63,625 nucleotides of DNA, filler included, from Octopus bimaculoides (GCF_001194135.2; 5 parts of 5 records of this genome joined end to end with filler, not necessarily neighbours in it), one strand, 5' to 3'; positions 1-12,790 are shown, counted from the whole stretch's first letter. Notes: a model not told the origin generated them from the letters alone. Numbers and translations: made by a program.

Positions 1-270
1 CATAACAACATTTATTTAATGGTGGTTAATATATACATCTTTAGCTCTTGTTTGTTGTTACAGCTTCTGTGTGTGTGAGCATGGTTGTTGGGACGTTGGT
101 ATGTAGATGTAAGCGAGCTGTCGAGCGTAAGTTCAAAAGATGGAGAGAGACAGCTAAACACGTCCTTGCTCAATCGCTGGCCAGCAAGAAAGAGACAGAA
201 TGAAGCGGGAAAGCTTGGTTGTTGAATTCCACGCATGCGTGAGACTACGCATGCGCACGGCGTTACTACA
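1..270 (-). mobile_element. Candidate 3' LTR (partial) of the Gypsy element
   Basis: Lies directly downstream of the integrase remnant on the minus strand, starts TGTAGT at 270 and has AATAAA near the window start. No clear polypurine tract or matching 5' LTR was found. Confidence 0.35.
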
Positions 271-1290
271 TACTCAATTCTGGTTGTGGTTCTTGCGTGT
301 TCAGCAGGGCCAGTTGCTTAACTACCACTAACTGCAGTGGGTGACCTTCCTTAATCCATGCAATATTCTTTCTGGTATGTATTGCATATTTTGCCTTGGA
401 TGCAACCTTGTCAAACATGGTGTTGTGTATCACATCCTCACCTTTTCCAAAGAATGGGTTTACGGCAACCCTCAATTGTCTTTTGGTTAGTGATAATTTA
501 CAACCACCTGAGGCACTCCAATGGTTGAACAGAATTTTGTTCAAGTAGTGGCCAAAATTCCCTGTCTTTAGATCGAAATATTTCAGTGCAGCTTTCACAG
601 TTTGCATGGCCCTTTTAGCTGTGCTGTTAGATGCTGGACCATAAGCAGGTGTCTATCTTTCTGCAACCCATTGATGACAATATATTCTTTAATGCAACAA
701 ATTCAGGCCCGTTGTCCATTACTAAAAGCTGTGGGCACACCAAAATGAGTGAAGGCCTCCAACAGCTTGCTTTTTACCACCTCAGTCAAGTGATTAGGAC
801 ACAAGAAAATCTCGAATAGACATATCTACAATTTTGAATTGGCATCTACAATTGCAAGTATGTTATCAATGTTTGGAACATATGCCTAATCCATATGCAC
901 ATGTTCCCAGGGCCCAGAAATAGACCACGAATCATTTGCCTTTAGTAAATTTGGCCTAACCCTCTGGTAACTATCACAACATTTGACAAACTTCTCCACC
1001 GAGTAAGCCAACCCAGGCCACCAAATACAGAGTTGTGCCTTCTTAAATGTTTGTTGAATGCCCATGTGTGTGTCGTTTATTTTTAGCTCGTACTGTGGCT
1101 CTATAAGGTGCTGAGATAAACAGACAATTTTTATGATATAATATGCCATTTTCGCATGTTAGGAAATCCTTCTCTCTAACAAATGCATGTTCCAGATTTG
1201 AGACCGATCTCCTATTTTGCCATTTCTCTTTTATTTTGTTATATAATGCATTTGCATTTAGTTGTATTTGGATGCCTTCTACCATTACAG
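270..1290 (-). pseudogene. Gypsy integrase remnant (H2C2 Zn-binding + rve)
   Basis: ENGILYHKNCLFI..HMGIQQTFKKAQLCIWWPGL..VKCC; GPWEHVHMD; MQTVKAALK. Confidence 0.8.
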
Positions 1291-1549
1291 GATCGATGTC
1301 CTGCCATGATTGTCTAAATGTGAGACACAGAAAATTATGTCACCGTTGTTATTCTCATTATACCTCAATCGAGAGAGGACATCGATATGTGGAATACTTT
1401 TATCAGGAACATGCTTAACAACAAGATTGCACTGTGATAGGATCAAACTCCACCTGGCTAGTTTTTGTGAAGCACATCGAGATGCATCTAAATCTTTCGC
1501 AAACAGGGTTTTTAAAGGCTGGTGATCTGTTTCCAGATAAAACAGTGGA

Positions 1550-3050
1550 ACGGGGTGGTTACCAGAATGTAACGGTTGTTGTCTATGTTGAAGGCAAAGA
1601 TATAAAAAAAAATGTTGATTCCATGAAAGAAAGAGTGGCTGAAGTTGTAGATAACAGTTATTTCTCCATTACATATAATAAAAGCCAAAACACGATGGGC
1701 AGGCATGTATAAAAACAGTGGGAAAGCATATGAGGTAACAAGAGTTATATTTTCTTGTAATAGGGTTAGGGTTAGACTTACTTATTCCCTGTCATTCTAG
1801 CAGCCATAACTAAACAGAGGTTTCAAAAGTGAGTGAGAAAGAGAAAGAGAGTGGAGGACAGGACAACTGTATCATTGGTGAATTCCATAGCTGTCCTTCT
1901 ATGATGTTCTTTCGAGATGGTATTTCGAACTAATTGGCTTGCTCTTTATTGGTCATCCTCACTAACTAGTTTTTCCTTAGTGAATGCTGGTATTCATTAC
2001 TATACAGGCTAGCTAGAAAGATGTATATACTATTCTGACAATGGCTAAATTAATGTAGGTCACTCCTTATCTATTTCAACTCTTCATGGCATGGAAAAGT
2101 TTAAGAGTCAAGTGGAAAACAGATCTGCATTTATCACTGACAGAACAATAGGTTGTAATGCTAGGAAAAATTTACAGATTCAGTCTCGAATCTCGGTTAG
2201 GGCCAAACGAGGTCCCACACTACTTCCTCGCTGGAGAGTTTCTAAGAAGAAGAAATAAATGATCTAGGAAAAGGTATTTTGTTGTAGGTGAATGTGATGC
2301 ATATCAGGAGAGAGAATCCTAGGAATGTATATGGGACAGGTATCTATTCAGGCAGGCTTGAATAGTGGTGTCACTTTGCATGTGAGTGTGTGCATGAGTG
2401 CTGAATGTGCCAGTCATTGTGTGACTGAAGCAGTGAGTGAGTGTGTACACAAGGGTGTATACATGAGTGCGAGAGAAAGTTCTGCAACTGGGGCGCAAGG
2501 TGAGGTGAGTGAGTGTGTGCATTCTCAATCCATGATAGGAAAAATTTTCTTGCAGGATTGCATTCAGTATGAAATGCCTTTCAAATGGTGTAAAAGCGAA
2601 ATCTGTTTGGTGCTGTTGTTGTGGGCATTTGCTGAGATTAGCAAGAATGACAGTGTAGCATGCTGGCGCGATGCAGGAAACACATCTCTCCTCATGTATA
2701 CATAACCAACCTGTAGTCTTACAGAGGTGAGTTGTGTTTAGAAGAAGGGCGCAGAGAGTATGAGACATCTGACATGCATTGAATCTTGAAAAGAGCTGAG
2801 CAGGCACAGATGTAATGGAAACAAGGCAGTTGAGGCACAATATTGAGGTGCACGTGTGTAACTGGATATAGGGCATGCATGTATGTATGTCTGAACATTG
2901 TGTGATGCAGCAAAAGGAATGGGCTGTAGAAAAATGAGTAAACAAAAATGACAAACTTAGCTGGAAATAGTGTCCATTTTAAAAAGTCTACTGGTGAAAA
3001 GTGAGAAAAGAGGTGCATGCAAAGAAAAAGAGTTGTTGAGAGTCTTACAT
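1550..3050. other. About 1.5 kb unidentified insertion splitting the Gypsy RNase H domain
   Basis: The RH sequence stops at HFLLGK (~3055) and resumes at ETDHQPL (~1545). The intervening DNA shows no Gypsy similarity that I recognise. Confidence 0.55.
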
Positions 3051-3258
3051 ATGCTTTCCTAGAAGGAAATGCCACAGTCTATCTACACACCATACCATTG
3101 CATAAGCTCTCATTCTTTCTGTTCCACCAATTTCGTTGTGCCTGGCTAAAGGTGTGGCTTATGAATGTTACTGGGTGTCCTTTCTGGGATAATACCTCAG
3201 CCACTGCAATCAAAGATGCATCTACACTGGGAGTGCTCATCTTCTCCATCAAGTACAG

Positions 3259-3951
3259 TTACAAGACTGGAACCTCTGAAAGATGAGTGATGAGCATATG
3301 GAAAGACTTATTCTGCTCTTTGACCCACTTAAATTCTTTAGAGCTAATTGGTTCTACTTTTTCAGCAAATGCTAGGACAAACCTTCTATGGTAATTCATC
3401 AGATCCAATATTTTGTCAATATCTTCCTTTGATTTACTTACTTGTATGTTCTTTAGTTTTGCTACCAATTCCTGGGATGGAGAAATACACTCTTCAGATA
3501 TTTTCATTCCCAGAAAAGTGAAATTTCTTCTTCGGGAGAATGATTTTTCTTTGGTAATGGAAAACTGTGACTTGTTTAGCTTTGCAACTACTGCATTTCC
3601 TTTGCTCACCAATTTTGCTTTGCTACTAGCATAGATGAGGATACCAGCTTGGTATATCCTGACTCCTTCAATCCCTTTTATTAATGTTTCCATGTCGTTC
3701 TGTAATATGTCACTCAAACTCATAAGGCCTATTTGAAGTCTGTTAACCAGGGAGAGACCATTGGTTGTATTAATAGCACAAATACACCTTGCTTCCTCCG
3801 CTACAAGTATTTGCCAATATACATGCTTTAAATTGAGAGTGGAGAAAAATTTTGCACTTGACATATCAGAGAAAATAATGTCGATTGATGATATTAGAAA
3901 AGAATAGGTGTCAATATGTGCAGTTAAATAAGTCTTGTAATTGACACACAT
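3259..3951 (-). pseudogene. Gypsy reverse transcriptase remnant
   Basis: CVNYK..FSTLNLKHVYWQI..IYQAGIL (decayed YxDD)..FLG matches the Ty3/Gypsy RT motif order. Confidence 0.85.
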
Positions 3952-6460
3952 GTGAAGAGATCCACCTTTTTTTTTTCTCAGTCATGCCACAGATGAGGCA
4001 CATCTGACTCCAGAGTAATCTGAAAGAGTGATGATACCCATCATTTCCAACTTCTTTTTCCAAATGTATTGGAACACATCTCGCTGAATTCATCACACTA
4101 TATCTAGCATCAGAGCAATTAACTTTTAACCTCTGGGAGCACATCTTTTAACCCCCGGGAACACATCCATGTTGAAATTTAAACAAAACAGTCTTTAATA
4201 ATATCTTTTCCAATCAACCCAAAAGGTTATGGGCTGTCTACCATAATAAATTTTTGTGACTCATCAGTGTTGTTGAGATGAAATGCTTAGTGAGGAAGCC
4301 GGCATGTAGGTTTTCTATAAAGTTCATAGATGTAAGTGAGAGACATCCGTCTAGTTGTGTGTGACCACACAAGTTGAGAAGCCAGGAAGATAGGTGAAAA
4401 GCCAAGCACTAGAGGGAAAGTGCCAGAGAGAGCCTGGCAAAGAGAGAAAATTGCATGGTACATTGCTTTTTATAGTCGACTGGCGGTAATGTCACCTGTC
4501 AGCAATTCTACTAGAAGTTGCAACATATCTCAGAATTTTCTATAGTGAAGGAGGGAACACACCTCTTGTTTATTTCCCTTTCTCTCCAGTAGAGTCTGCC
4601 ACAAATGTCACTGGGTTAGATCCAACAACCTTTAGGTTTGGACCATCAAAAGTGGGTAATCTATTGTGGCATGATTCGATTGGGATACCAAACTGTGAAG
4701 TAAAATGATTATGGAACTATCAAACAAGCTGTCCCAGTATCCACTTTTATATTATCTATGTTTTTGTTATTCATAAAGCACTTGCAAAAACCTGTGTTAT
4801 CTGTACTCTCATTGTTGTTCATGTTTAGCAGCAAACTGTCGACAGATCCAGTCTCGCTCAGAGATTTATGTTGTGCACACTGCGACAATTTCCTGGTCAG
4901 CAATATCTTGCAAAATGCCCTAATTTTTCACACTAATTACAATTTTTCCCATATGCTGGACATGCATGAGCTTTGCGTGTACTCCCACAATTTCGACATT
5001 TCACTACAATGATATGACTTACCTGGGGTATTCATGTCGACATTAAATTTTGTTATTGCTTGTTGAGTACAGTCGAACAATGTTTCCAATTCTATGGTGG
5101 ATTGGAGAGCAGCTATTTCAGCAGTGGCCCAGGAACAAAATTTGCTCAGAGAGTGCAAATCCAGGTCCAAAGTTTTTAAAGTAAAAAGTGGATTTTTCAA
5201 TGTTAGCATTAAAACAAATGCAGGTGCAATAATAATTTTTATTATTATGATGGTCGGCTGAAATGTTCATAGGCTGTGCAAGACACTCATGGAATGGGAC
5301 CAAATGAACTTCATTTTGTTTCCATAGTTCCCCCTTCCATCACACTTCCATCAGTAGCTGCAGTGTTTGGATCGCACTGGTCAAGAAGCTATCCTGTTGG
5401 TCAAAATGGTCTTCAGCAGTAGATGAAATCATCATCACAGCGTTAGTGGTGTCCAGCCGAGTGTTTTTCATGTTGGGAAATGCAAACTTAATAATCAGAT
5501 GGAACCAAATCACTAAAATAGGGAGGGTGAACAAACAGTTCAAAGCTAGTCATCCATAGCAGCCATTGAAAGCAAGGACTTGGGTGCTGAAGCAATGTCC
5601 TAAAACCCCCATTCATCAGTTTTTTCTGGGTGTTTGGTCTTGATAGCTTTTTCTAACTGCTTTAGCAAGTTTGCATTGGACTTTCCGTTGATGGTCGGAC
5701 CATTTTGACGATAGTAAATAAACAGAATATTTTTTTGCATGAATATATACTATATGTAATAATGTGATGTATATTTTGTATATTAAAATGTTTAATTTCA
5801 GAAATTTATCAAGTGAAGCAAACATAAGCAGTAAAAATACAAATTGCAAGTATTTCGAAATGCGGTACACTACATGACAAAAACGAACAAAAAAGGAAGA
5901 AAATAGTGGTGCTTGTGTTCCAAAGGTACAATAAGAGGGCTCAGGAGAAGGATTGGAAAATGGGATAAAAAGGGAAAAAGAAAGAGAAAAGATAAACTCG
6001 GGGTCTGAAGTGAATACTGAGCAGGTGATGAAAGGAAATATGTCTTACTTACGCACTGGTCAAGTCGAAAAAAGATGAGTAATAAAAAATTGGATGGTCT
6101 TTTAGTAATAAAAAAGTGAAGAAAGAGAGACAGAGTGGAGTAGAGAGGGTTGGGGAAGAGCAAGTAGAAAGAAAGAGGGAGTGTGGAGAAAAAAGGGAAT
6201 AAAGATAGACAGTAGGTAGTTGACAGAGATGGACAGAGGAAAAAAATGGAAGGTAGTAAGCAGATAAGGTAGAGAGGAAGATAGAAATAGAAGGGGAAGG
6301 TTTTGTGCACAAGAGGAGATGGATAGAAAAGAGAGAAAATCTCACACCAAATATTGAACATTGTGTGGAGTGACAGTGAGTGGGAACAGAAGAAGGGTGT
6401 ATGGCATTACATTGACTAATAACCATAAAATGTGGCACAGAAAGTCAACATGATGTATAT

Positions 6461-7620
6461 ATCATCATCATCATCGTTTAACGTCCGCTTTCCATGCTAG
6501 CATGAGTTGGACGATTTGACTGAGGACTGGTGAAACCGGATGGCAACACCAGGCTCCAGTCTGATTTGGCAGAGTTTCTACAGCTGGATGCCCTTCCTAA
6601 CGCCAACCACTCAGAGAGTGTAGTGGGTGCTTTTACGTGTCACCCGCACGAAAACGGCCACGCTCGAAATGGTGTNNNNNNNNNNNNNNNNNNNNNNNNN
6701 NNNNNNNNNNNNNNNNNNNNNNNNNNNNNNNNNNNNNNNNNNNNNNNNNNNNNNNNNNNNNNNNNNNNNNNNNNNNNNNNNNNNNNNNNNNNNNNNNNNN
6801 NNNNNNNNNNNNNNNNNNNNNNNNNNNNNNNNNNNNNNNNNNNNNNNNNNNNNNNNNNNNNNNNNNNNNNNNNNNNNNNNNNNNNNNNNNNNNNNNNNNN
6901 NNNNNNNNNNNNNNNNNNNNNNNNNNNNNNNNNNNNNNNNNNNNNNNNNNNNNNNNNNNNNNNNNNNNNNNNNNNNNNNNNNNNNNNNNNNNNNNNNNNN
7001 NNNNNNNNNNNNNNNNNNNNNNNNNNNNNNNNNNNNNNNNNNNNNNNNNNNNNNNNNNNNNNNNNNNNNNNNNNNNNNNNNNNNNNNNNNNNNNNNNNNN
7101 NNNNNNNNNNNNNNNNNNNNNNNNNNNNNNNNNNNNNNNNNNNNNNNNNNNNNNNNNNNNNNNNNNNNNNNNNNNNNNNNNNNNNNNNNNNNNNNNNNNN
7201 NNNNNNNNNNNNNNNNNNNNNNNNNNNNNNNNNNNNNNNNNNNNNNNNNNNNNNNNNNNNNNNNNNNNNNNNNNNNNNNNNNNNNNNNNNNNNNNNNNAG
7301 ATACTTACACTCTGACGGGTATTCACATTGACATTACACATCCAACGGAGCATACTGGCTTCATTCCTTGCGAGCTTACGTATGTCCTCAGCAGTTACAG
7401 CCCATGTTTCACTGCCATGTAGCATGGTTGTTCGTACGCATGCGTCATACAGTCTGCCTTTTACTCTGAGTGAGAGTCCCTTTGTCGCCAGCAGGGGTAA
7501 GAGCTCTCTAAACTTTGCCCAGGCTATTCTTATTCTAGCAGCTACACTTTCAGCGCACCCACCCCCACTACTAACTTGGTCGCCCAGATAGCGGAAGCTA
7601 TCGACTACCTCTAGGAGTGT
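6461..7620 (-). mobile_element. 5'-truncated RTE-clade LINE (gap inside), with 3' tail ending in (GAT)n
   Basis: VDSFRYLG..ARIRIAWAKFREL..KGRLYDACVRTTMLHGSETW..EASMLRWM is the RTE C-terminal RT region. The tail GGAAAGCGGACGTTAAACGATGATGAT is at 6461-6500 (reverse). Confidence 0.9.
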
Positions 7621-7837
7621 CATGGGCCAAAAACATTTTCAACTTCTTGCCTAATGTGAGCATGGACCAATTCCTTATCTCTTACACTGTTTTGGTTTTA
7701 CATGTCAAAAGTGAAGCAATAACATCTCTATTGTAATGTGATATAATACTTTCACTAATATATGGTTTCAATTTCAATTGCTTTCACTATGTATATATTA
7801 GTTTCACTATATATTTATATTCAAATACAAAACCACT

Positions 7838-7985
7838 CTCGGAGTGGTTGGCGTTAGGAATGGCATCCAGATGTAGAAACTCTGCCAGATCAGATTGGAG
7901 CCTGGTGCAGCCATCTGGCTTGCCAGTCCTCAGTCAAACTGTCCAACCCATGCCAGCAAGGAAAGTAGACGTTAAAAGATGATGA
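7838..7985 (+). repeat. RTE 3'-tail copy / RTE-tailed SINE fragment
   Basis: GGAGTGGTTGGCGTTAGGAA..CCATGCCAGCA..GACGTTAAA.GATGATG matches the reverse complement of 6461-6620. Confidence 0.85.
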
Positions 7986-8859
7986 AGTCCAAGGTTATAT
8001 CCAGAAGATGTAAAATCACATCTTATTTCAGTTTGATGGAGGAGATAATAAAGATAAACATTATAGGGTGGGGTTAATGGGATGATCCTTATAACAGGGG
8101 TCATTAGTTAGAAACTAAAAACTATGCAAGAGAATAGTAATAAAATTTAGTTAAGGTCAAAAGAGTTGCGAAATCTTTACAAAATTATATCAATAAAGAA
8201 ATAATTTGGGTAGAAACTAAGTGTGATGTCATCATAATATCCCAATGCTAAGTTGGGGTAAGACCATGTCAATCCTACAACGTAATTGGTCAGCTAATAT
8301 TTAAAAACAACAGCGTTCTATCGGGTCCGTTAAAAACTAATCAATAAAATACAAAACAAATTTAAGAAGAAATTGTCTAAGTAGCCTTAAATACTAAGGG
8401 CGGGGACAATAAAAATAAATAGGAATCTGTTATTATGTTATGAATACTTCTAAGAGGAATCTGTTATTATGTTATGAATACTTCTAAGATAATTTTCTAA
8501 TTGAAAAGAAATTCATTTTTTGTGAAATATAGCTAAAGGGAGGTAACTGTGCAAAACATTTAAACATTATTTCGTTTTGGGATTTGGTTTGCAAGATTCT
8601 TTATGTGAGTTTGTGTGTTGAAGCATATTCTGTTGTGTCTAGGGAGAGTCATTCCCTTGTAGTGCCTTAGAATTTAACACACAGGTAATATTTCTACTCA
8701 TTTATTTATTTTTCTAAAATTTTCGTTGCTTCTTGCAACCATTTCAATAGTTGTTGATTGTCTGTTATTCATGCTGCTGGGCCTCACAGAGGCAATGACT
8801 GGAGGCCGAGACCTCTGGAGATTTACTGTAATTGAGAAGATTCGACAACTAAAGTGAGA

Positions 8860-9312
8860 TCGCAGCCATGGCCGATGCCAGTGTTGCATGTCCGGCCTAT
8901 TTAAGAGTACCCTTGATGCGTTGGGTGATATGGTATGTTTGAGAAGACCTGTTGAGTCAAGTAAAACCAGAATCGTAGCTGTAGCAAGTGCCCTATGACT
9001 GGCTGCCATTCCGGTGGCATGTAAAAAGCACCATCCGCATGTGGCCGATGCCAGTGCTCCCTTACTGGTGGCATGTAAAAAAACACTATCTGAATGTGAT
9101 TGATACCAGGGCTACCTGGCTGGTTCCTGTGCCAGTGGCACTAAAAAGCATTCACTACACTCTCGGAGTGGTTGGCATTAGGAAGGGCATCCAGCTGTTG
9201 AAACATTACCAGATCAGATTGGAATCTGGTGCAGCCACTGGCTCTCCAGACCTCAGTCAAACCATCCAACCCATGCCAGCATGAAAAATGGACACTAAAT
9301 GATGATGATGAT
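8860..9312 (+). repeat. RTE-tailed SINE-like element with modular internal repeats
   Basis: Repeated GGCCGATGCCAGTG and GTGGCA(TG/CT)AAAA(A/G)CAC modules, followed by the RTE 3' tail (9160-9312). Confidence 0.65.
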
Positions 9313-9334
9313 ATATATAATCGTGTGTATACAT

Positions 9335-10260
9335 ATATATATATATAGGGAGAATTCACAAAAAAAAAACAAAAGACGAAGACAGGTGGTGTAGAAAACA
9401 AACAGATGTACTAATATAACGCTCGGGAATTGAAAAAGTCTTTAACGTTTCGAGCCTACACTCTTCCATAGAAAAGAACACAGAAAGAAACAAGCAGAGA
9501 AAAAAAATGTGTGTAGTGGTTAGCGATCTATCATGGTGAATGCCGGACAGAAGGGTCACACAGGAGAGCTATAAGAAGGGGAGATAACAATGTAGTAATG
9601 ATGCCAAAGTGAAGGTGTGTGCGTGTGAAAGAGGGCTGGTGATCTTGACATATGCGTATGAATAGGTGTGAAAATGTGGGGATGGGAATTGGTCAGTGCT
9701 GGTGTTGGAAGGTGGGGAAAGCATGGGTGGGGTGTGGGTTAGGCTGAGGGTGGGGGTAGAGGTGGGATATGTGGGTAGGCAGAGAGTGGGAGTAGAGATG
9801 GGGTATGTGGGAGAGGGTATAAGGGATAGGATGGGGAAGGTGGGGTAGGCTTAGGGAGGGTTGATGATGGGGAAGGGGAAGGTGGCTAAGAGAGAAAGAG
9901 AAGTAGGAGTCAGAGCAAGAGAGAAGTGGGTGGTAGGAAGTAAGAGGGAGGGGGAGTGAGGCAAGGGGGAAGTTAGATGAAGAGGGGAGGAGAGTTGAGC
10001 TCATGTGGTGCGAAGAGAGAAGATTAATCCCTTTTCACAGCGCAAACGGGAGTCTGGATGGCCCCTGTGCAAGGACAATCTGAACACGGATAGGTGTTGC
10101 GAAGAGTGACCGGTAGAGTGGAAATGGCGTGAGACTAGGGTGTCATTGCCAAGGCGGATGTCTCGGAGGTGTTCTGTGAACCTGTCAGCCAAGCGGCGTC
10201 CCGTTTGTCCGCTGTACAGAGAATGGCAGAGAGAGCAGGAGATGCAATAGATGATATTGG
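9335..10260 (-). mobile_element. Penelope-like element 3' fragment (GIY-YIG endonuclease + 3' region)
   Basis: [43 protein letters not shown] (10001-10260) is a PLE GIY-YIG domain. The 3' end carries a decayed hammerhead-type GAG..CTCGAAACGT motif. Confidence 0.85.
9440..9472 (-). ncRNA. Decayed minimal type I hammerhead motif (PLE-associated)
   Basis: Minus strand reads TGGAAGA GTGTAGGCTC GAAACGTT: CUGAAGA core mutated, GAAAC intact, ACGT palindromic stem III. Confidence 0.45.
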
Positions 10261-10290
10261 TAGAAGTGCAAGTATGTATGTGTGTATATA

Positions 10291-10337
<47 letters not shown>

Positions 10338-10544
10338 GGATATATATGTGTGTGTACATATATATATACATATGGATACATATGTATATATATATATGGA
10401 TATATATATATATATATATATTAAAGCCTCAGGCCGACCAAAACCTTGTGAGTGGATTTTGTACATGGAAATTGAAAGAAGACTGTCATATATATGTGTG
10501 TCTGTGTTTGTACCCCTCATCATTGCTTGACAACTGATGTTACT

Positions 10545-10644
10545 NNNNNNNNNNNNNNNNNNNNNNNNNNNNNNNNNNNNNNNNNNNNTTAATTAATTAA
10601 NNNNNNNNNNNNNNNNNNNNNNNNNNNNNNNNNNNNNNNNNNNN
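10545..10644. other. Artificial scaffold join N44-TTAATTAATTAA-N44
   Basis: Exactly 100 bp with a six-frame-stop palindrome. The identical construct occurs four times in the window. Confidence 0.95.
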
Positions 10645-12044
10645 TATACATATATATATATACATGCATACACACGCACACACAAACACACAAACATATA
10701 TAAAGATGAAGAGACAAAAGATGGACAAGTATTTATAGATGCTGTTAAATCATTTATAAAAGATGTTATATAAGCGTAAACATACATATTTCTGGAAGAA
10801 AGAGTAGCGTCCATAATATTGTTCAGATGTATTACAAAAAAAATCATTGACTGGTTAATGTAATAATGTATTATGCAAACAGGTGTACATTTCGATACAA
10901 TAATACACATGAATACATTAGTAATTTCCTATTAATGCAAAATGATAGAACGTTAAAATTTCAATTTGGAAACGTTGAAGCGCCGAATTGTCTCTGTAGA
11001 TGGATTAGTGGAAAAACGAAAGTTCATTAACTGTAAACCGATATTTAAGTGAATATAATAATCAGTAATAACAAAAATAACACCGTAAAGCTGAGGTAGG
11101 ACCGCTCTGCGATCGTTAGTGAGAGGGTGTAGGTAAAAAGGGCGGAAGGATAATAGAAAAGAGACATGTTTAGAAAAAGAGGAGATCCCTCTCTCCCCGT
11201 CTTTTCATTGGTGCTATGTATGCACATAAATATCTCTATAGTATTAGACAATTTGAATTTTGCTATTTCCATTCTGAACAGAAAACTCAACGCTTCAACT
11301 TATTCCAGTATTGTGATTATGCAATGATTAAATGTTTTAATCTCTTATTCGTATTATTAAACTAATGTGCAAACCGTATTCCATAACGAAATACCGCTGA
11401 ATATTTTTTTTTCCTTCCAAAAGGTTAATTATGTGTTAAGATAACTTTTATAAATAATATACTGCCACATATAAGTGTAGGGCCGCCTTGTATCATTTTG
11501 CTATGCACTCGAGCTATAAGTTTATTTGAGGCAACTCTTATACCTTGAGATTATTTTCACTTGGACTTATATGTTGGTCCTAAACAGTTCTGACTATTTT
11601 GAGGAATATTCCTACGTTCACTTATTATAAGCGCATATAATCCTCATATTACCCATTTGATATTTTTTTATATGATAGTATGTTGCGAACATTTAAATAT
11701 CTATGCATACATACGTACAGATATAGAAATATATGTACATATCTCTCCTTTCCACCATCTCTCCCTCTTCTCTCTCTGTGTCTGTATATATNNNNNNNNN
11801 NNNNNNNNNNNNNNNNNNNNNNNNNNNNNNNNNNNNNNNNNNNNNNNNNNNNNNNNNNNNNNNNNNNNNNNNNNNNNNNNNNNNNNNNNNNNNNNNNNNN
11901 NNNNNNNNNNNNNNNNNNNNNNNNNNNNNNNNNNNNNNNNNNNNNNNNNNNNNNNNNNNNNNNNNNNNNNNNNNNNNNNNNNNNNNNNNNNNNNNNNNNN
12001 NNNNNNNNNNNNNNNNNNNNNNNNNNNNNNNNNNNNNNNNNNNN

Positions 12045-12790
12045 ACACACTTTTTTACGTAGACAAAGAGAAAAAAAAAATGAATCAGCACGATTTCGAT
12101 TAGCTACAGACGCGTTTCGAGATTAAAGTATTTACTCCCCAATCAACACTTCTAAAATTTACACAGCCGAATGGGAATACTGAAAGCATATTTATCCGTT
12201 GTACCCACGTGTATGTTACACGCAGTACGGCAAAAAACTGCAGTATTCGATCAAGTATTAAATTATAATCTAAAATTAATAATAAAAGGGTGAAAGTAAT
12301 TAATTAAAATAATTAATCAATCAATTAATTAATAATTTTACCAAGTAGATCGGTACGTTAAAATAACCTTTATACCAATATTCTACAATTATAAACATAA
12401 CTTTAATTTAACCGTGGCACATTCATATTTCATAATGGAAATACTTCACTGATGACGGGAAGTAATAAATTAAAACCTTTAATCTCGAAACGCGTCTGTG
12501 GCTAATCGAAGTCGTGTTGATTCAGTATTTTTCTCTTTGTCTATGTAAAAAAAGTGTGTTACCGTCTAGGAGATTCTTACGGTAGTAGAAAAGTAATTGT
12601 TAACTCCTATTTCTAAATTCGGGTTGTGATGAAGCAATTAGCTGAACCCTAATTATAATTATGTTTATAATTATAGAATATTTGTGCAATTTTACTTATA
12701 AAGTTATTTTAACGTACCGTTCTACTTGGTAAAATTATTAAGTTATTGATTAATTAATTAATTTAATTAGTTAGCTTTACCCTTTTATTA
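12045..12790. repeat. Inverted, circularly permuted hammerhead-containing repeat (PLE pseudo-LTR / retrozyme-like)
   Basis: 12045-12140 is the reverse complement of ~12475-12560, and 12280-12400 is the reverse complement of ~12660-12790. Confidence 0.8.
12444..12501 (+). ncRNA. Type I hammerhead ribozyme motif
   Basis: CTTCA CTGATGA [stem II region 12456-12486] GAAA CGCG TC TGTGG: intact core, palindromic ACGCGT stem III, GUC cleavage triplet, imperfect stem I. Confidence 0.75.

Larger units (their letters stand above)
270..5500 (-). mobile_element. Degenerate Ty3/Gypsy LTR retrotransposon (gag-PR-RT-RH-IN order), many stops and frameshifts
   Basis: Minus-strand remnants in Gypsy order: protease KVDTG (~4740), RT (3259-3951), RNase H DAS..AVAEVLSQKGHPVTFIS (~3160-3240) and ETDHQPLKTLF..LARWSLIL (~1430-1545), integrase Zn domain HMG..WWPGL..CC (886-1149), rve core VHMD..AIVDA..SNSTAKRAMQTVK (~590-890). 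Confidence 0.9.

Noticed and set aside
5870-6438. Hydrophobic Leu/Phe/Ser-rich minus-strand ORFs
   Set aside because: Antisense reading of a purine-rich low-complexity tract.
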